Assembly: GCA_965263275.1 (NCBI GenBank)
Contig: OZ253668.1
Location: 705,220-769,219 of the forward strand
Direction: 5' to 3'
Source: Thermodesulfobacteriota bacterium
Lineage (GTDB): Bacteria; Desulfobacterota_D; UBA1144; Nemesobacterales; Nemesobacteraceae
Length of the DNA: 64,000 nt
How positions within the stretch are numbered: position 1 is the stretch's first letter; each line of letters begins with the position of its first letter. The notes under the pieces were generated by a model, which was not told the origin of the DNA, did not search any database, and was given only the letters and a program-made list of their open reading frames with translations. Shown piece by piece: positions 1-9,312 of this stretch. The translations under genes and the position numbers were made by a program.

Positions 1-2
1 CT

Positions 3-811
3 TTTCTAAGCCGCCTATGCGGCGGTCAACACCATTCCGGCGGCTTTCCGACCACATCGATGTTTCTAAGCCGCCTATGCGGCGGTCAACAAAAATTACG
101 TCGTCGGCATAGCTATGACGTCTTTCTAAGCCGCCTATGCGGCGGTCAACTCAATAATCCGCTTGATCACCCCCGGGGGAAGTTTCTAAGCCGCCTATGC
201 GGCGGTCAACTGATATATCTTCCGCCTCGGCTCCCGCCGCGGCTTTCTAAGCCGCCTATGCGGCGGTCAACCTCGCTCGATGTTCTTCGCCTGCGCATTG
301 TAATTTCTAAGCCGCCTATGCGGCGGTCAACAGCTTTATCCAATGGCTTTCATCAGCATCTAATTTCTAAGCCGCCTATGCGGCGGTCAACCCGCTCAAA
401 GGGCCATACGCTTTCCTGGAACTTTTCTAAGCCGCCTATGCGGCGGTCAACTGTCGTCTCCAGCATCAGCAACAGGGCTTTTGTTTCTAAGCCGCCTATG
501 CGGCGGTCAACTTCGGTTTCCAAAGCTTTCCAAAGAATTTTCTTTTCTAAGCCGCCTATGCGGCGGTCAACGATGAGACTCCCCCGTTTCTTCGGCGCAT
601 CTCTTTCTAAGCCGCCTATGCGGCGGTCAACCTCAACTTTGTCATTTCTGCCCGCGTACTTATTTTCTAAGCCGCCTATGCGGCGGTCAACGTCTTCGTC
701 CTCGTTTGTGAGCTGTCATGAACTTTCTAAGCCGCCTATGCGGCGGTCAACTTTTCTTGAGCTCCGAGAATTCCTGCTCCGTTTTTCTAAGCCGCCTATG
801 CGGCGGTCAAC
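3..811 (-). CRISPR. Type I-F CRISPR array, 14 identical 28-bp repeats and 13 complete spacers; truncated at window start
   Basis: TTTCTAAGCCGCCTATGCGGCGGTCAAC recurs at 3, 63, 123, 183, 244 and then every 60 bp to 784. Reverse complement GTTGACCGCCGCATAGGCGGCTTAGAAA has the I-F 5-bp stem/5-nt loop and GAAA end. Spacers are 32 nt (one of 33). Confidence 0.99.
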
Positions 812-942
812 TACAAGATATGCAGCAAAAAAGTAACTATAACAACACCTTATCTAATTTTATGGGTTTTTTACCTTTAAATTTAAGGCCTATTGTAACT
901 ATATGATTTATATGTAATTTTTGAGGAGTATCGAAATAAAGG
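812..942 (-). promoter_or_regulatory. CRISPR leader with two inverted IHF-like boxes
   Basis: AT-rich gap between cas6f and the first repeat. TAACAACACCTTA (840-852, +) and AATCATATAGTTA (896-908, -) resemble WATCARNNNNTTR. Confidence 0.7.
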
Positions 943-1530
943 CTAAAACTTGGGTAGAGCAGCCTCGGCACTTAGTCCATAGCAACTAAAACCTTTCGAT
1001 ATTGATGATACGTCTACTGACTTCTGCTCAATAAACAAGCGAAAACGTTGGCCTGTTTCTTGACTAGTCATTTGAATGTAGGGCAAGTCGGTGCGTTTTT
1101 CTTCGAAACCATTTAAAGCAGCTAAGGCTTCTTCAAAACTTATATTTGAACGTTTGGCTTTTCTTCGCGCTAAACGTTCTTGATTAGTTTTTAAACGTAC
1201 CCGACAACAACATACATATTCTTCTACACTACCTGGTACATTTTTTATAGAAGTTAAGTGAACATAATCTGCCAAACAACCTAACCATTTTTGTAGGTTT
1301 AGCTGCTCAAATGTTTTGCTGTCCGGTGAGAACAGCCGCAACTTTTGCCCTAGGTAGTTTTTTTTGACATTGTATTCGGGAAAAACTACTCCTATTGGTG
1401 TTCGTTGTTTTTGATCTTTGATTGAGACTAATGCAAGATGCACTTGTTGGTAAACTTTCTCCCACAAAAAAAACAATCCGACGTCGGCACCTGGCAATAA
1501 AGTAATGTCGATATAATAGTTCATCTTCAC
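943..1530 (-). CDS. cas6f: Type I-F crRNA endoribonuclease Cas6f (Csy4)
   Basis: YYIDITLLP start, QQVHLALV catalytic His, Arg-rich ERLARRKAKR helix, FSCYGLS C-terminus. Confidence 0.96.
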   Translation of the reverse strand: MKMNYYIDITLLPGADVGLFFLWEKVYQQVHLALVSIKDQKQRTPIGVVFPEYNVKKNYLGQKLRLFSPDSKTFEQLNLQKWLGCLADYVHLTSIKNVPGSVEEYVCCCRVRLKTNQERLARRKAKRSNISFEEALAALNGFEEKRTDLPYIQMTSQETGQRFRLFIEQKSVDVSSISKGFSCYGLSAEAALPKF

Positions 1531-2555
1531 TCCTTATCACTTTCGCCAAATACCCCTCCACGAACTAAAACAGCCATCACATAATGCTCTTGCTCTTCAC
1601 TTTCTAAAGGATCGCCATTAGCGTATTTGTCAAATAATGTATAAAAATCTGTTTTACTCTTAGGATTTCGATAAGCAACGCCTAAATTCGTGACTGCACC
1701 GTATGGCTCAATAGCAATCGGACCTGTGCGTGAGTCAGCGAAGCCGGGATACCATGTATCAATACTACGTATAGCGTTACCAATCTTTTGGGAGTGTATA
1801 GCTGCTTGTTTATTGACATGGTACAAAATTTTGCTTTTTCCACCTTTGCCTTTATCTAATACCAGTTCTTCGCTTGGGTATACCTCCTGTGCTTTACCGA
1901 CTTGAGCAAACGCAGTGATATCAAGTAAAAGGAATTCAATCTCTCCAGATAGTGCTCGTGCAATTTTGCTAGCAAGCGCAGCTATATCAGGGTTCGGTGT
2001 GTCAAAACCCCTGATGCTGATTGCTCCTGCATCAAATTGCCAATACTGTTCCCCATCCTCATTTAAGATTCTCACTTGTACTTCAAGATTTTCTGCACCT
2101 ACACGATTGCGCCATAAATAACGTGCGTTCGCAATATTGGTTGCATAGCGTTTAGCTATCTCCTTGAAACCATATTTCTCAATGTAAGCTTTAGCAACCT
2201 GTATATAAGAGGTGTTAAAATCCTCGCTATTACAGGCTGACGGTTGTTCCACGCCACTCAGCACTTTCAATGTGAAGTTGAGCTTAAGCGTATCTTGATC
2301 TGTTCCGAGGGAACAGCTATCTATCGTTTGTAGATTAGGTTTTTCAACCTCAGCATCCAGCTTCGCCGGGTCGTCAGCAACAGCTTTTTTCAGGCGATTG
2401 GAGATAGTGCCTCGAACGGATTTTTCATAGAGCGATAAAGGTATCGCAAGCTCACTACGTTTTTCCCATGTTGTACCATACAGATAACCATCGGATGGCA
2501 CCAGTTTCTTCTCAAATGCAAGCACGGATGCAATGTTTTTTTTAACTTTAGCCAT
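1527..2555 (-). CDS. cas7f: Type I-F backbone subunit Cas7f (Csy3)
   Basis: ASVLAFEKKL, KSVRGTISNRLK, HSQKIGNAIRSIDTWY and VRGGVFG motifs. Confidence 0.97.
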   Translation of the reverse strand: MAKVKKNIASVLAFEKKLVPSDGYLYGTTWEKRSELAIPLSLYEKSVRGTISNRLKKAVADDPAKLDAEVEKPNLQTIDSCSLGTDQDTLKLNFTLKVLSGVEQPSACNSEDFNTSYIQVAKAYIEKYGFKEIAKRYATNIANARYLWRNRVGAENLEVQVRILNEDGEQYWQFDAGAISIRGFDTPNPDIAALASKIARALSGEIEFLLLDITAFAQVGKAQEVYPSEELVLDKGKGGKSKILYHVNKQAAIHSQKIGNAIRSIDTWYPGFADSRTGPIAIEPYGAVTNLGVAYRNPKSKTDFYTLFDKYANGDPLESEEQEHYVMAVLVRGGVFGESDKE

Positions 2556-2577
2556 GTTTATTACTCTCCTTTAATAA

Positions 2578-3498
2578 CTAATTAACATTCTCAGTCATCT
2601 TTGGTTGCCAGTTTCTGCATACATATAGATTGCTACTTGGCTCATAGATATAACGCCAAAGCAGCTTTTCAATTCGATCAAGCCGATAAGACATAACGAA
2701 TTCGCCTAATGTCACTACACTCTCGGCAAACCGGTGTGGTATTGACGTATCACGTTGATTTGACGTTTCGCCGGGTCTAGCAAGGTCTGTAATACCATGA
2801 AATCCGGTAGCGATTGGAACAATCCAGCCAGTATGTGCACGCTCAGTATGTGCACGCTCGCTGGTCCAGCTTATATTGCCTTTGTCGTCGATTTCGCTAC
2901 GGTGTTTGATACTTACTCCATCTAGCAAGGCATCTAACGCATCCTGTCCATTACTCATTGCATCAACCATAAGGTCTCGGCGTTCGATCAAAGCATAGCC
3001 AGGCATTAAACGACGCAACAGTTTACGCTGTGACTTCTCATCATCGTCTGACTCCAAACGCGGTTCACTGAAGTCGATGAGATCTCCAGATGCAAACTTC
3101 ATCATCGGCAGGAGATTTTTCAGCGCACTGAACAGACCTCTTTCATCATCAAACTGACCAAATCCTTCAAGCTTCAGAACTAAAGACACTTCAAGATGAC
3201 AACGCGCTTCCTCAATAAATGCAGGGCGCTTACCTTCTTTATCTAATGGATTCCCTGTACTCACAATCGAACTATGAAAATCGGTTTTTCCTCTATAAGT
3301 CTGTAGATCTAGACAATGAGAAATTACGCCAACCGCTACAAATCGAAGTTCATCGTAATCTCTTTGATTTAAACGCCTTTGCAATGCATGTACCGCTCCT
3401 AACCAAGCTGTCATTGCCGGAAAGCCAACGGTAAACGGGCTGGATAACGCATTGGCATTCTGAATCTTAAGATGTGGTAACACTAAAAAGAGACTCAT
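2578..3498 (-). CDS. cas5f: Type I-F subunit Cas5f (Csy2)
   Basis: IQNANALSSPFTVGFPAMTAWLGAVHALQR, FIEEARCHL and PHRFAES motifs. Confidence 0.96.
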   Translation of the reverse strand: MSLFLVLPHLKIQNANALSSPFTVGFPAMTAWLGAVHALQRRLNQRDYDELRFVAVGVISHCLDLQTYRGKTDFHSSIVSTGNPLDKEGKRPAFIEEARCHLEVSLVLKLEGFGQFDDERGLFSALKNLLPMMKFASGDLIDFSEPRLESDDDEKSQRKLLRRLMPGYALIERRDLMVDAMSNGQDALDALLDGVSIKHRSEIDDKGNISWTSERAHTERAHTGWIVPIATGFHGITDLARPGETSNQRDTSIPHRFAESVVTLGEFVMSYRLDRIEKLLWRYIYEPSSNLYVCRNWQPKMTENVN

Positions 3499-4718
3499 AA
3501 CAACGCATCCTGCTTGGTAGAGATGATTTTATGAAAGTATTGTATTTCATCGTCGTGCATCCCCAGAGCTTTTTTACCTAAAACATCTTTGTATGCAGCT
3601 ATAATCCAGCGTGCGCTATCTTGCAGAAACCTGATAATGCTTTCAGAGCTTTCTTCCCTTATTATTGCATAGTAATTATCTAAAACCTGTTTTTGATAAT
3701 CAGGTAGATGATTGAATCGTTCACGTTCTGTCCAACCGGAACCCTGATTACGAATCTGCCAGATTTTTTCTACTATACGATCAAAGACATCTAAAATGAT
3801 ACTGTCTCGACCTTGGCGTATTGCCAAGTTATTAACATCGGCTATCAGTAATTTATGCAACCTGGTAAAATCATCTCTAAAATTCTTTGACCAGAGACAT
3901 TCTCTAAAAAAGCTCCTTTGTGGCAGTCTAATCTTCTGATCCTGCAAGCTTGGAGGCAAGCTTGGTAAGAGATAAGCCTTGCCACCAAATTGGTTATTTA
4001 AGCCGCTAATATTTTGTGGTTTTGTACCCCCATAGCCAATCATGCTAAGTCCCAAAACATCATTAAAACCTGTTTCGCTGTGCTCGTTTCTTTTGCGCAG
4101 TTCCCGTGCCGTCTTAGTTGCATCATCAAAACGCATTTTTTCGATACGACTACGCATCTCGAATACAAGCCCAGAGGGTGTCAGTATAGAAAGCTGATGG
4201 TAGCCTTCATCACGAACTGGAAAATAGACCTGCTTTATTTTTGAGCTGGTCAATTGACTGTCTTCACTGTTTTTGATCGCCAAAAATCCATCTCTTAATG
4301 ATTCGTATGTGGCGGTTTCAAGACTTAACAGAGACTTGCTCAGTTCCGTTTCCTGCTCAATGTGATCAAGCAAGGTCTGTCCGTCTTCCATTTTAAGGGA
4401 GACAAACTTATAGACATCAAGTGCTGCAGCATTGCCAAGAGAGTCCAGTTCTACCTGTGTGTTACCACTTCTGCAATAGCCATCCGCAGCCCGTTTGGCT
4501 GTTGCGATAACTGAGGTGGTTTTACCATTTTTGTTCTTACGGCCACTTGGATGACTAAATGTGCAAGGATGACTGGACAGGCACATTTGTCCGGCTCGTC
4601 TTGCCGCGTCCGGAAGCCAGTTTTCCAAAGCAAATTTCTTTTTTACTTTTTCCGGGGTTTTTCTCTTTAACTCTCTTTCCCTGCGTTCTAAAAAGAACTG
4701 CTTAATTGCTGGATCCAA
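3495..4718 (-). CDS. cas8f: Type I-F large subunit Cas8f (Csy1)
   Basis: WLPDAARRAGQ, GNAAALDVYKF, KQVYFPV and GGTKPQNIS motifs. Confidence 0.96.
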   Translation of the reverse strand: MDPAIKQFFLERRERELKRKTPEKVKKKFALENWLPDAARRAGQMCLSSHPCTFSHPSGRKNKNGKTTSVIATAKRAADGYCRSGNTQVELDSLGNAAALDVYKFVSLKMEDGQTLLDHIEQETELSKSLLSLETATYESLRDGFLAIKNSEDSQLTSSKIKQVYFPVRDEGYHQLSILTPSGLVFEMRSRIEKMRFDDATKTARELRKRNEHSETGFNDVLGLSMIGYGGTKPQNISGLNNQFGGKAYLLPSLPPSLQDQKIRLPQRSFFRECLWSKNFRDDFTRLHKLLIADVNNLAIRQGRDSIILDVFDRIVEKIWQIRNQGSGWTERERFNHLPDYQKQVLDNYYAIIREESSESIIRFLQDSARWIIAAYKDVLGKKALGMHDDEIQYFHKIISTKQDALL

Positions 4719-4751
4719 CTGTATCCTACCTGTCGTGGAGTTTTGGTTGGT

Positions 4752-4780
4752 ACAATATCTGGTTGTCTTACTGAAGTCAA
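4752..4780 (-). promoter_or_regulatory. Predicted sigma70 promoter for cas8f-5f-7f-6f
   Basis: Minus strand TTGACT (4780-4775), 17-nt spacer, TATTGT (4757-4752), about 35 bp upstream of the cas8f start. Confidence 0.6.
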
Positions 4781-4850
4781 ACTACTATATGTTCACAACT
4801 CAAAGTATTTTTATGACAAATTGTTTCCCTAAATCTTCCATATTGTGGAG

Positions 4851-4935
4851 TATAATTCTTTCATCATTCAATAAGTTGCTTATAAAATTATATGTTCATT
4901 AATTTTTTCACTGCCGAGGAGGCATGTATTGTAAA
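4851..4935 (+). ncRNA. Candidate crRNA-like regulatory RNA (degenerate single-spacer mini-CRISPR)
   Basis: TATAAT at 4851; handle-like CTTATAAA 4879-4886; 19-nt spacer; repeat-like TTTCACTGCCGAGGAGGCA 4906-4924. Confidence 0.4.
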
Positions 4936-4947
4936 TATACGAATTTT

Positions 4948-7900
4948 TTATTTTCTGACCAACCCAAACTGCGGTGAATAAAAATAGTTGTCATTATCGT
5001 TATAATGGGCTAAGCAAAGTTCACCGTAACGCAACCCTGCATCTTCTATTTTTAAGTTTTGTTCTTGGGCAATATAGGTTAGCAACTTAGCATAATCTCG
5101 ATATAGCCAGAGTCGTTTTTGACTATCATCCCACTTCCTATGCTCTATCCCCATTTCTATTTCAATTTTAACAGGGCACCCAGTAGCGTCTTTTTGGCAG
5201 AAAACATAATCAGCTCGGTCAGGATTGTCGTTATCGGGAACCAGATAGATGTTTTTACCAGGTAATGTGTCCCGAAAACGGTAAAGACGCTGCGGAATAC
5301 CCGTTAACCACCAATATTGTGTTAACCATCCCTCCAAATTTCCTGCACCTCGATTATCAGGCGTATTTAACGCGTTCTTAATCGCTACATGTTCCAAATC
5401 CACCAGATTCTTTTTGGGAGTTAACTTTTTATTAGGCTGGATACGGGGAATAGCATCAACTGAATGGTTCAAATCTTCTTCGCAAACAATCTGTTTCAGA
5501 TCATGACTAATCAAACGATCATCATATGTTTCATATCCTGGACGGTAGAAAACCGGTTTGTTATCTCTTTTGTCAGAATACTTTTGTATATACCCCTTTA
5601 AATTGTATTGCATCAACATAATATTCGGTTCAACCGGAGACTTGTTTCTGTGCCGCAACACACGCCCGGCCAACTGAATAATTGACCGATAGGATGACGG
5701 CTCCACCACGGCCCAGTCAAAATCATGATCACGTCCAACTTCCTCTACTGGTGTAGCCACCAATATATAAATCACGTTTTTTGCGGAACGCTCTGAGAGA
5801 TGTTTTTTTATGATGAGATTCTCAAATGCTGCTTGTGGATTTTTTCGCTTTAACACCACATCCAAATGTTTTTCCTGTTCATTCCGCATTAAAAGCACTT
5901 GCTGGCTGTGATATGCCATCACTTTTACATTTACATCATCTCGCCATTCCGCTTCTTCTAACAAATATCTGGCCAGATTCACACACGGCTTGATGTTGGC
6001 CACTCGAACAACACCGAAGGAAACTTGGACGGTGCTGATTTCATCTACTATGAAATGTTTCTCATGCATCTGTTCAATATACTGTTTAACAGATTCGAAA
6101 TATTGTTTTTCAAGTGTTTTCACATCGTTTTCATGTGGCACTTCCAACACAGAAATCACAGCTTTTCTCTTGACTTTCTCTTCTCTCAGCTTTCTGACAC
6201 GCTGTTGGACAAACTGATCATGTAGACAAGAGAAACCGCAATGTTCACCAGATTTATATGAAATAGTTGAGACATTTGTCCTGAATTCATCCACCCAAGC
6301 ACATCCGACGTTTTGGCTAATCCCCCGGCTCGTTGCGAACAGCAACCAGCCTTGTCGATAAGCATGGAATAGTCCCTTAGCTAGATCAGGTGGAATTGTT
6401 GCCGATGAAATCATGGCTTTGCGTCCAAGCAGACCGACAAGATGTATCAGACGACCAATTGCTTTCAGGTCGTTCACATCAAAATCATCAATTTCATCAA
6501 TCACCAGATCTGAGGACATCAGTCTAAGACTCGGTAATATATGACGTCCACCACGAGTAGTCTCTGTTGCCATGATTATGTGATCAATCGTGCACGCTAA
6601 TACTGGTGCATATAAAAAGTGGCGGTCTTTACTTTTTCTGAGAATTGTTTTAAGGTATTTTTCTGGAATATTCTGGGTGTCGTAGTAAATATCTTCCCTT
6701 GAGAACTCTTCCTTTAATAGCTCTTCTGTGGATTCAGAACCGCTTTTTTCTGCTTCAGATTGCTCGTATTTCGTTTCTTGACCTTGATTATGCAGATCCA
6801 GAACTGCCTTTGATCCAATCAAAACAGCTAAATCGTTATCAGTTAGACCTAAGCGGTTCTTATATTCGTCACCTGTTTGCAAAGTAAGCGTACGTAAACC
6901 CAAAGCTAATATATAGCGTAATTTACTGCAATCACTAGATAAAGCATGCATTATTTTGGCATTTGCGAAAGTCTTTCCCTTTCCTGTACTAGCCATATTG
7001 ACAGCAAAAAAACCGAACTGATCCTCGGGTTCGGTATGATTGTTTTCTTTGCGCCATTGATTAATTTGCCTGACCGCTTTATCCTGCCATTCAAAAGACC
7101 TAGGGCTTTTTATCTTCAGACTTTTTGTTTCTTTAGCAACGGGAAGCCCCGTTTCAAATAGAGGCAGACAATTTACTATGCTCAAAGCACTCTTTAGTAC
7201 TCCAACCAAGTGTTCATCCAATTTTTGTTTTAATTTTCCACTTTCTGTATTTGCAAATAACTTAACAACTGATTTCCAGTTACCGTCAGCACCTTGAGAA
7301 GAGTAACTATGATCTCCCAGCATTAGTGAGAGTCGAGAATAAAACAAAACAACTCGCATTCCCCCATTATCCATAATATCAGCTAAAAGATCTTGCTGCT
7401 TTAGCGCCTTGCTTGCCCACTTCTTCACTTCTCTTATCCAAGGAATTGAATTACTCAAGAATCCATTTGCAAATGCCAGACAATCTTTTATATCGATTTC
7501 TGACTCGGGATTTTTATAGTCAAAATCGGCCTTCAGGGCCTTCAGTAACTGCTGATACTCCGGCAAAGGATCCTTGTACCTATGCAAGTTCTCCTTAGGT
7601 GGTAATGGCAAACGATGATGAGTCAAAACTAACCAAGCGACTATTGTTGCAAGTGGAGGAAGTTTATAGAGTGGTGCTGCTCCCTCCGCACTGCCCTTCA
7701 AAGCATTTTTTAACATATTTTCATCAATATTGCCTTTACTTAACGCATCAAGCCAATCTATATCGCTTGACTCAGCAGACCTGCAACAGTGTTGTACGAA
7801 GGCATGCAATAACAAGCAGGAAATCCATTCATGCCGCAGAGGGTCAGCTTGAAAATTGGTCTTTTTTAACTTTTCCTGAAAACAAATCGTTGCTTTTCCC

Positions 7901-8274
7901 AAATCATGAAACAAAGCAGCCAAGGCTGTCGCAACTCGAACAAGAGGCAAATAATGCCAGTTGTTTTGCCATTGATTGTTTGCAATATTTTTGGTTGTAG
8001 TATGCACAGGCACAACACCCGCATGGTTAAACTCATCCCTTTTACCCACTACCCAAAGCAATTCCGAGCGTGAACGGTCGCGTATCCAGTGGCAGCTGAC
8101 TGCAGTATTTTTACTTGCGGTTTTGCGAAGCAACTTCCTGACAGCATTCAACCCCTCTTGAGTAATAACAGTTTGCCAAGTGTTGTTACCAATGCGGCTG
8201 GCAAAGGCGTCCAATACACGCCTAGTGCGTTTTAATGCTTTCTTTTCGCACTGCGATACAAATGTCACCATCAT
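4948..8274 (-). CDS. cas3f: Type I-F Cas2-Cas3 fusion helicase/nuclease
   Basis: N-terminal MMVTFVSQCEKKALKRTRRVLD (Cas2), LFHDLGK HD motif, ASTGKGKT, DEID and VEEVGRDHDFDW. Start placed at the ATGA overlap with the cas1 stop. Confidence 0.97.
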   Translation of the reverse strand: MMVTFVSQCEKKALKRTRRVLDAFASRIGNNTWQTVITQEGLNAVRKLLRKTASKNTAVSCHWIRDRSRSELLWVVGKRDEFNHAGVVPVHTTTKNIANNQWQNNWHYLPLVRVATALAALFHDLGKATICFQEKLKKTNFQADPLRHEWISCLLLHAFVQHCCRSAESSDIDWLDALSKGNIDENMLKNALKGSAEGAAPLYKLPPLATIVAWLVLTHHRLPLPPKENLHRYKDPLPEYQQLLKALKADFDYKNPESEIDIKDCLAFANGFLSNSIPWIREVKKWASKALKQQDLLADIMDNGGMRVVLFYSRLSLMLGDHSYSSQGADGNWKSVVKLFANTESGKLKQKLDEHLVGVLKSALSIVNCLPLFETGLPVAKETKSLKIKSPRSFEWQDKAVRQINQWRKENNHTEPEDQFGFFAVNMASTGKGKTFANAKIMHALSSDCSKLRYILALGLRTLTLQTGDEYKNRLGLTDNDLAVLIGSKAVLDLHNQGQETKYEQSEAEKSGSESTEELLKEEFSREDIYYDTQNIPEKYLKTILRKSKDRHFLYAPVLACTIDHIIMATETTRGGRHILPSLRLMSSDLVIDEIDDFDVNDLKAIGRLIHLVGLLGRKAMISSATIPPDLAKGLFHAYRQGWLLFATSRGISQNVGCAWVDEFRTNVSTISYKSGEHCGFSCLHDQFVQQRVRKLREEKVKRKAVISVLEVPHENDVKTLEKQYFESVKQYIEQMHEKHFIVDEISTVQVSFGVVRVANIKPCVNLARYLLEEAEWRDDVNVKVMAYHSQQVLLMRNEQEKHLDVVLKRKNPQAAFENLIIKKHLSERSAKNVIYILVATPVEEVGRDHDFDWAVVEPSSYRSIIQLAGRVLRHRNKSPVEPNIMLMQYNLKGYIQKYSDKRDNKPVFYRPGYETYDDRLISHDLKQIVCEEDLNHSVDAIPRIQPNKKLTPKKNLVDLEHVAIKNALNTPDNRGAGNLEGWLTQYWWLTGIPQRLYRFRDTLPGKNIYLVPDNDNPDRADYVFCQKDATGCPVKIEIEMGIEHRKWDDSQKRLWLYRDYAKLLTYIAQEQNLKIEDAGLRYGELCLAHYNDNDNYFYSPQFGLVRK

Positions 8275-9227
8275 GTGACTGGCTCTCCACTGCACTGTAA
8301 GGCGGCTTGTTTGACATGGTCAAACATAAAATCCAAGGCTTTGTGGTTTGCGAAAGCTTGCAGACACTGCTGGCGAAATTCTTGTTCAGTGACGGTTTCT
8401 TTAGCACAGATAAATGCCCACGGCAGCACTAGAGCATCTTTGATTAAATCGGCCACATCAAACACAAGCGCACCGCGTCGGGTTTTACCGTGCATAACGG
8501 CTAAACCATGGGGGATGCCCAACACCCAAAGAGTGGTGGCAGCTAATCCGTATGCTAAATAGTTGCCGTGATTAAGGAAAGCATTAGCTTTATCCGTAGC
8601 TTCGCGCTGGCGCGTGAAATCGCCGTATTTAGTATTGGTGCTAGCAAATCTGTAGAGCCGTTTTGTGAGGTCAGCTTCGGTTTGCAGCAATTTACCAACT
8701 CCGGGAGCAACGGCAATTTGTTGACGGTAACGCTCCAGTGTGTGGATCAAATTGGCATCGTCACTATTGAAACCTTCTGTGTTTAAATCCCGGTCCTTGC
8801 TCCAAACATTCTGCAAGTAATCAATACGGGCTTGCTGGAATTGTTTGGCGGTTTGTAAACGGGCTTGTTTGTCAAACCAGAAACTGACCCAGCCCTGCAT
8901 ATATTCTGTTGGACGGTATTCGCTTTGCGGCGTCAGCCATTCAACTTCGCTACCCATTAACAACGGTGTACCACCTCCTCCACAAAATCCTACCAATACG
9001 CCAGCCTGAGCTAACATCCGTATCGCTGCCTGGGTAACAGAGGTTCCTGTGCCCAATAACAAGCAGGTCGTATTGGCGATTGGAATATTCCAGTATTGGT
9101 TCTCGTTTTTTGCGTCAGTCAGGTAAAGTACGCGTCCGTTTTTTTGCATGACGCGACACTTTTCCAAGTAATAGATATTGGCACGCTTGGAGTGAAGAAT
9201 TGCCTTCAGGTCTGTTAGTTGTTCCAT
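8271..9227 (-). CDS. cas1: Type I-F Cas1 integrase
   Basis: LKAILHSKRANIYYLE, WNIPIANT and HGKTRRGALVFDVADLIKD motifs; GAGG RBS before ATG at 9227. Confidence 0.97.
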   Translation of the reverse strand: MEQLTDLKAILHSKRANIYYLEKCRVMQKNGRVLYLTDAKNENQYWNIPIANTTCLLLGTGTSVTQAAIRMLAQAGVLVGFCGGGGTPLLMGSEVEWLTPQSEYRPTEYMQGWVSFWFDKQARLQTAKQFQQARIDYLQNVWSKDRDLNTEGFNSDDANLIHTLERYRQQIAVAPGVGKLLQTEADLTKRLYRFASTNTKYGDFTRQREATDKANAFLNHGNYLAYGLAATTLWVLGIPHGLAVMHGKTRRGALVFDVADLIKDALVLPWAFICAKETVTEQEFRQQCLQAFANHKALDFMFDHVKQAALQCSGEPVT

Positions 9228-9312
9228 ATAGTAAACCTCATAATAGCTCTCCAGCATATTGTGTCAGACACTTAGGAAAAAATCTGAGAGAAATTTAAAT
9301 AATCTATTTTAA

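Noticed and set aside
31-783. Self-targeting spacers within the window
   Set aside because: None noticed by eye; not exhaustive, and an alignment is needed to exclude it.
60-836. 258-aa repetitive ORF (SKPPMRRST units)
   Set aside because: Translation of the 60-bp CRISPR period, not a protein.
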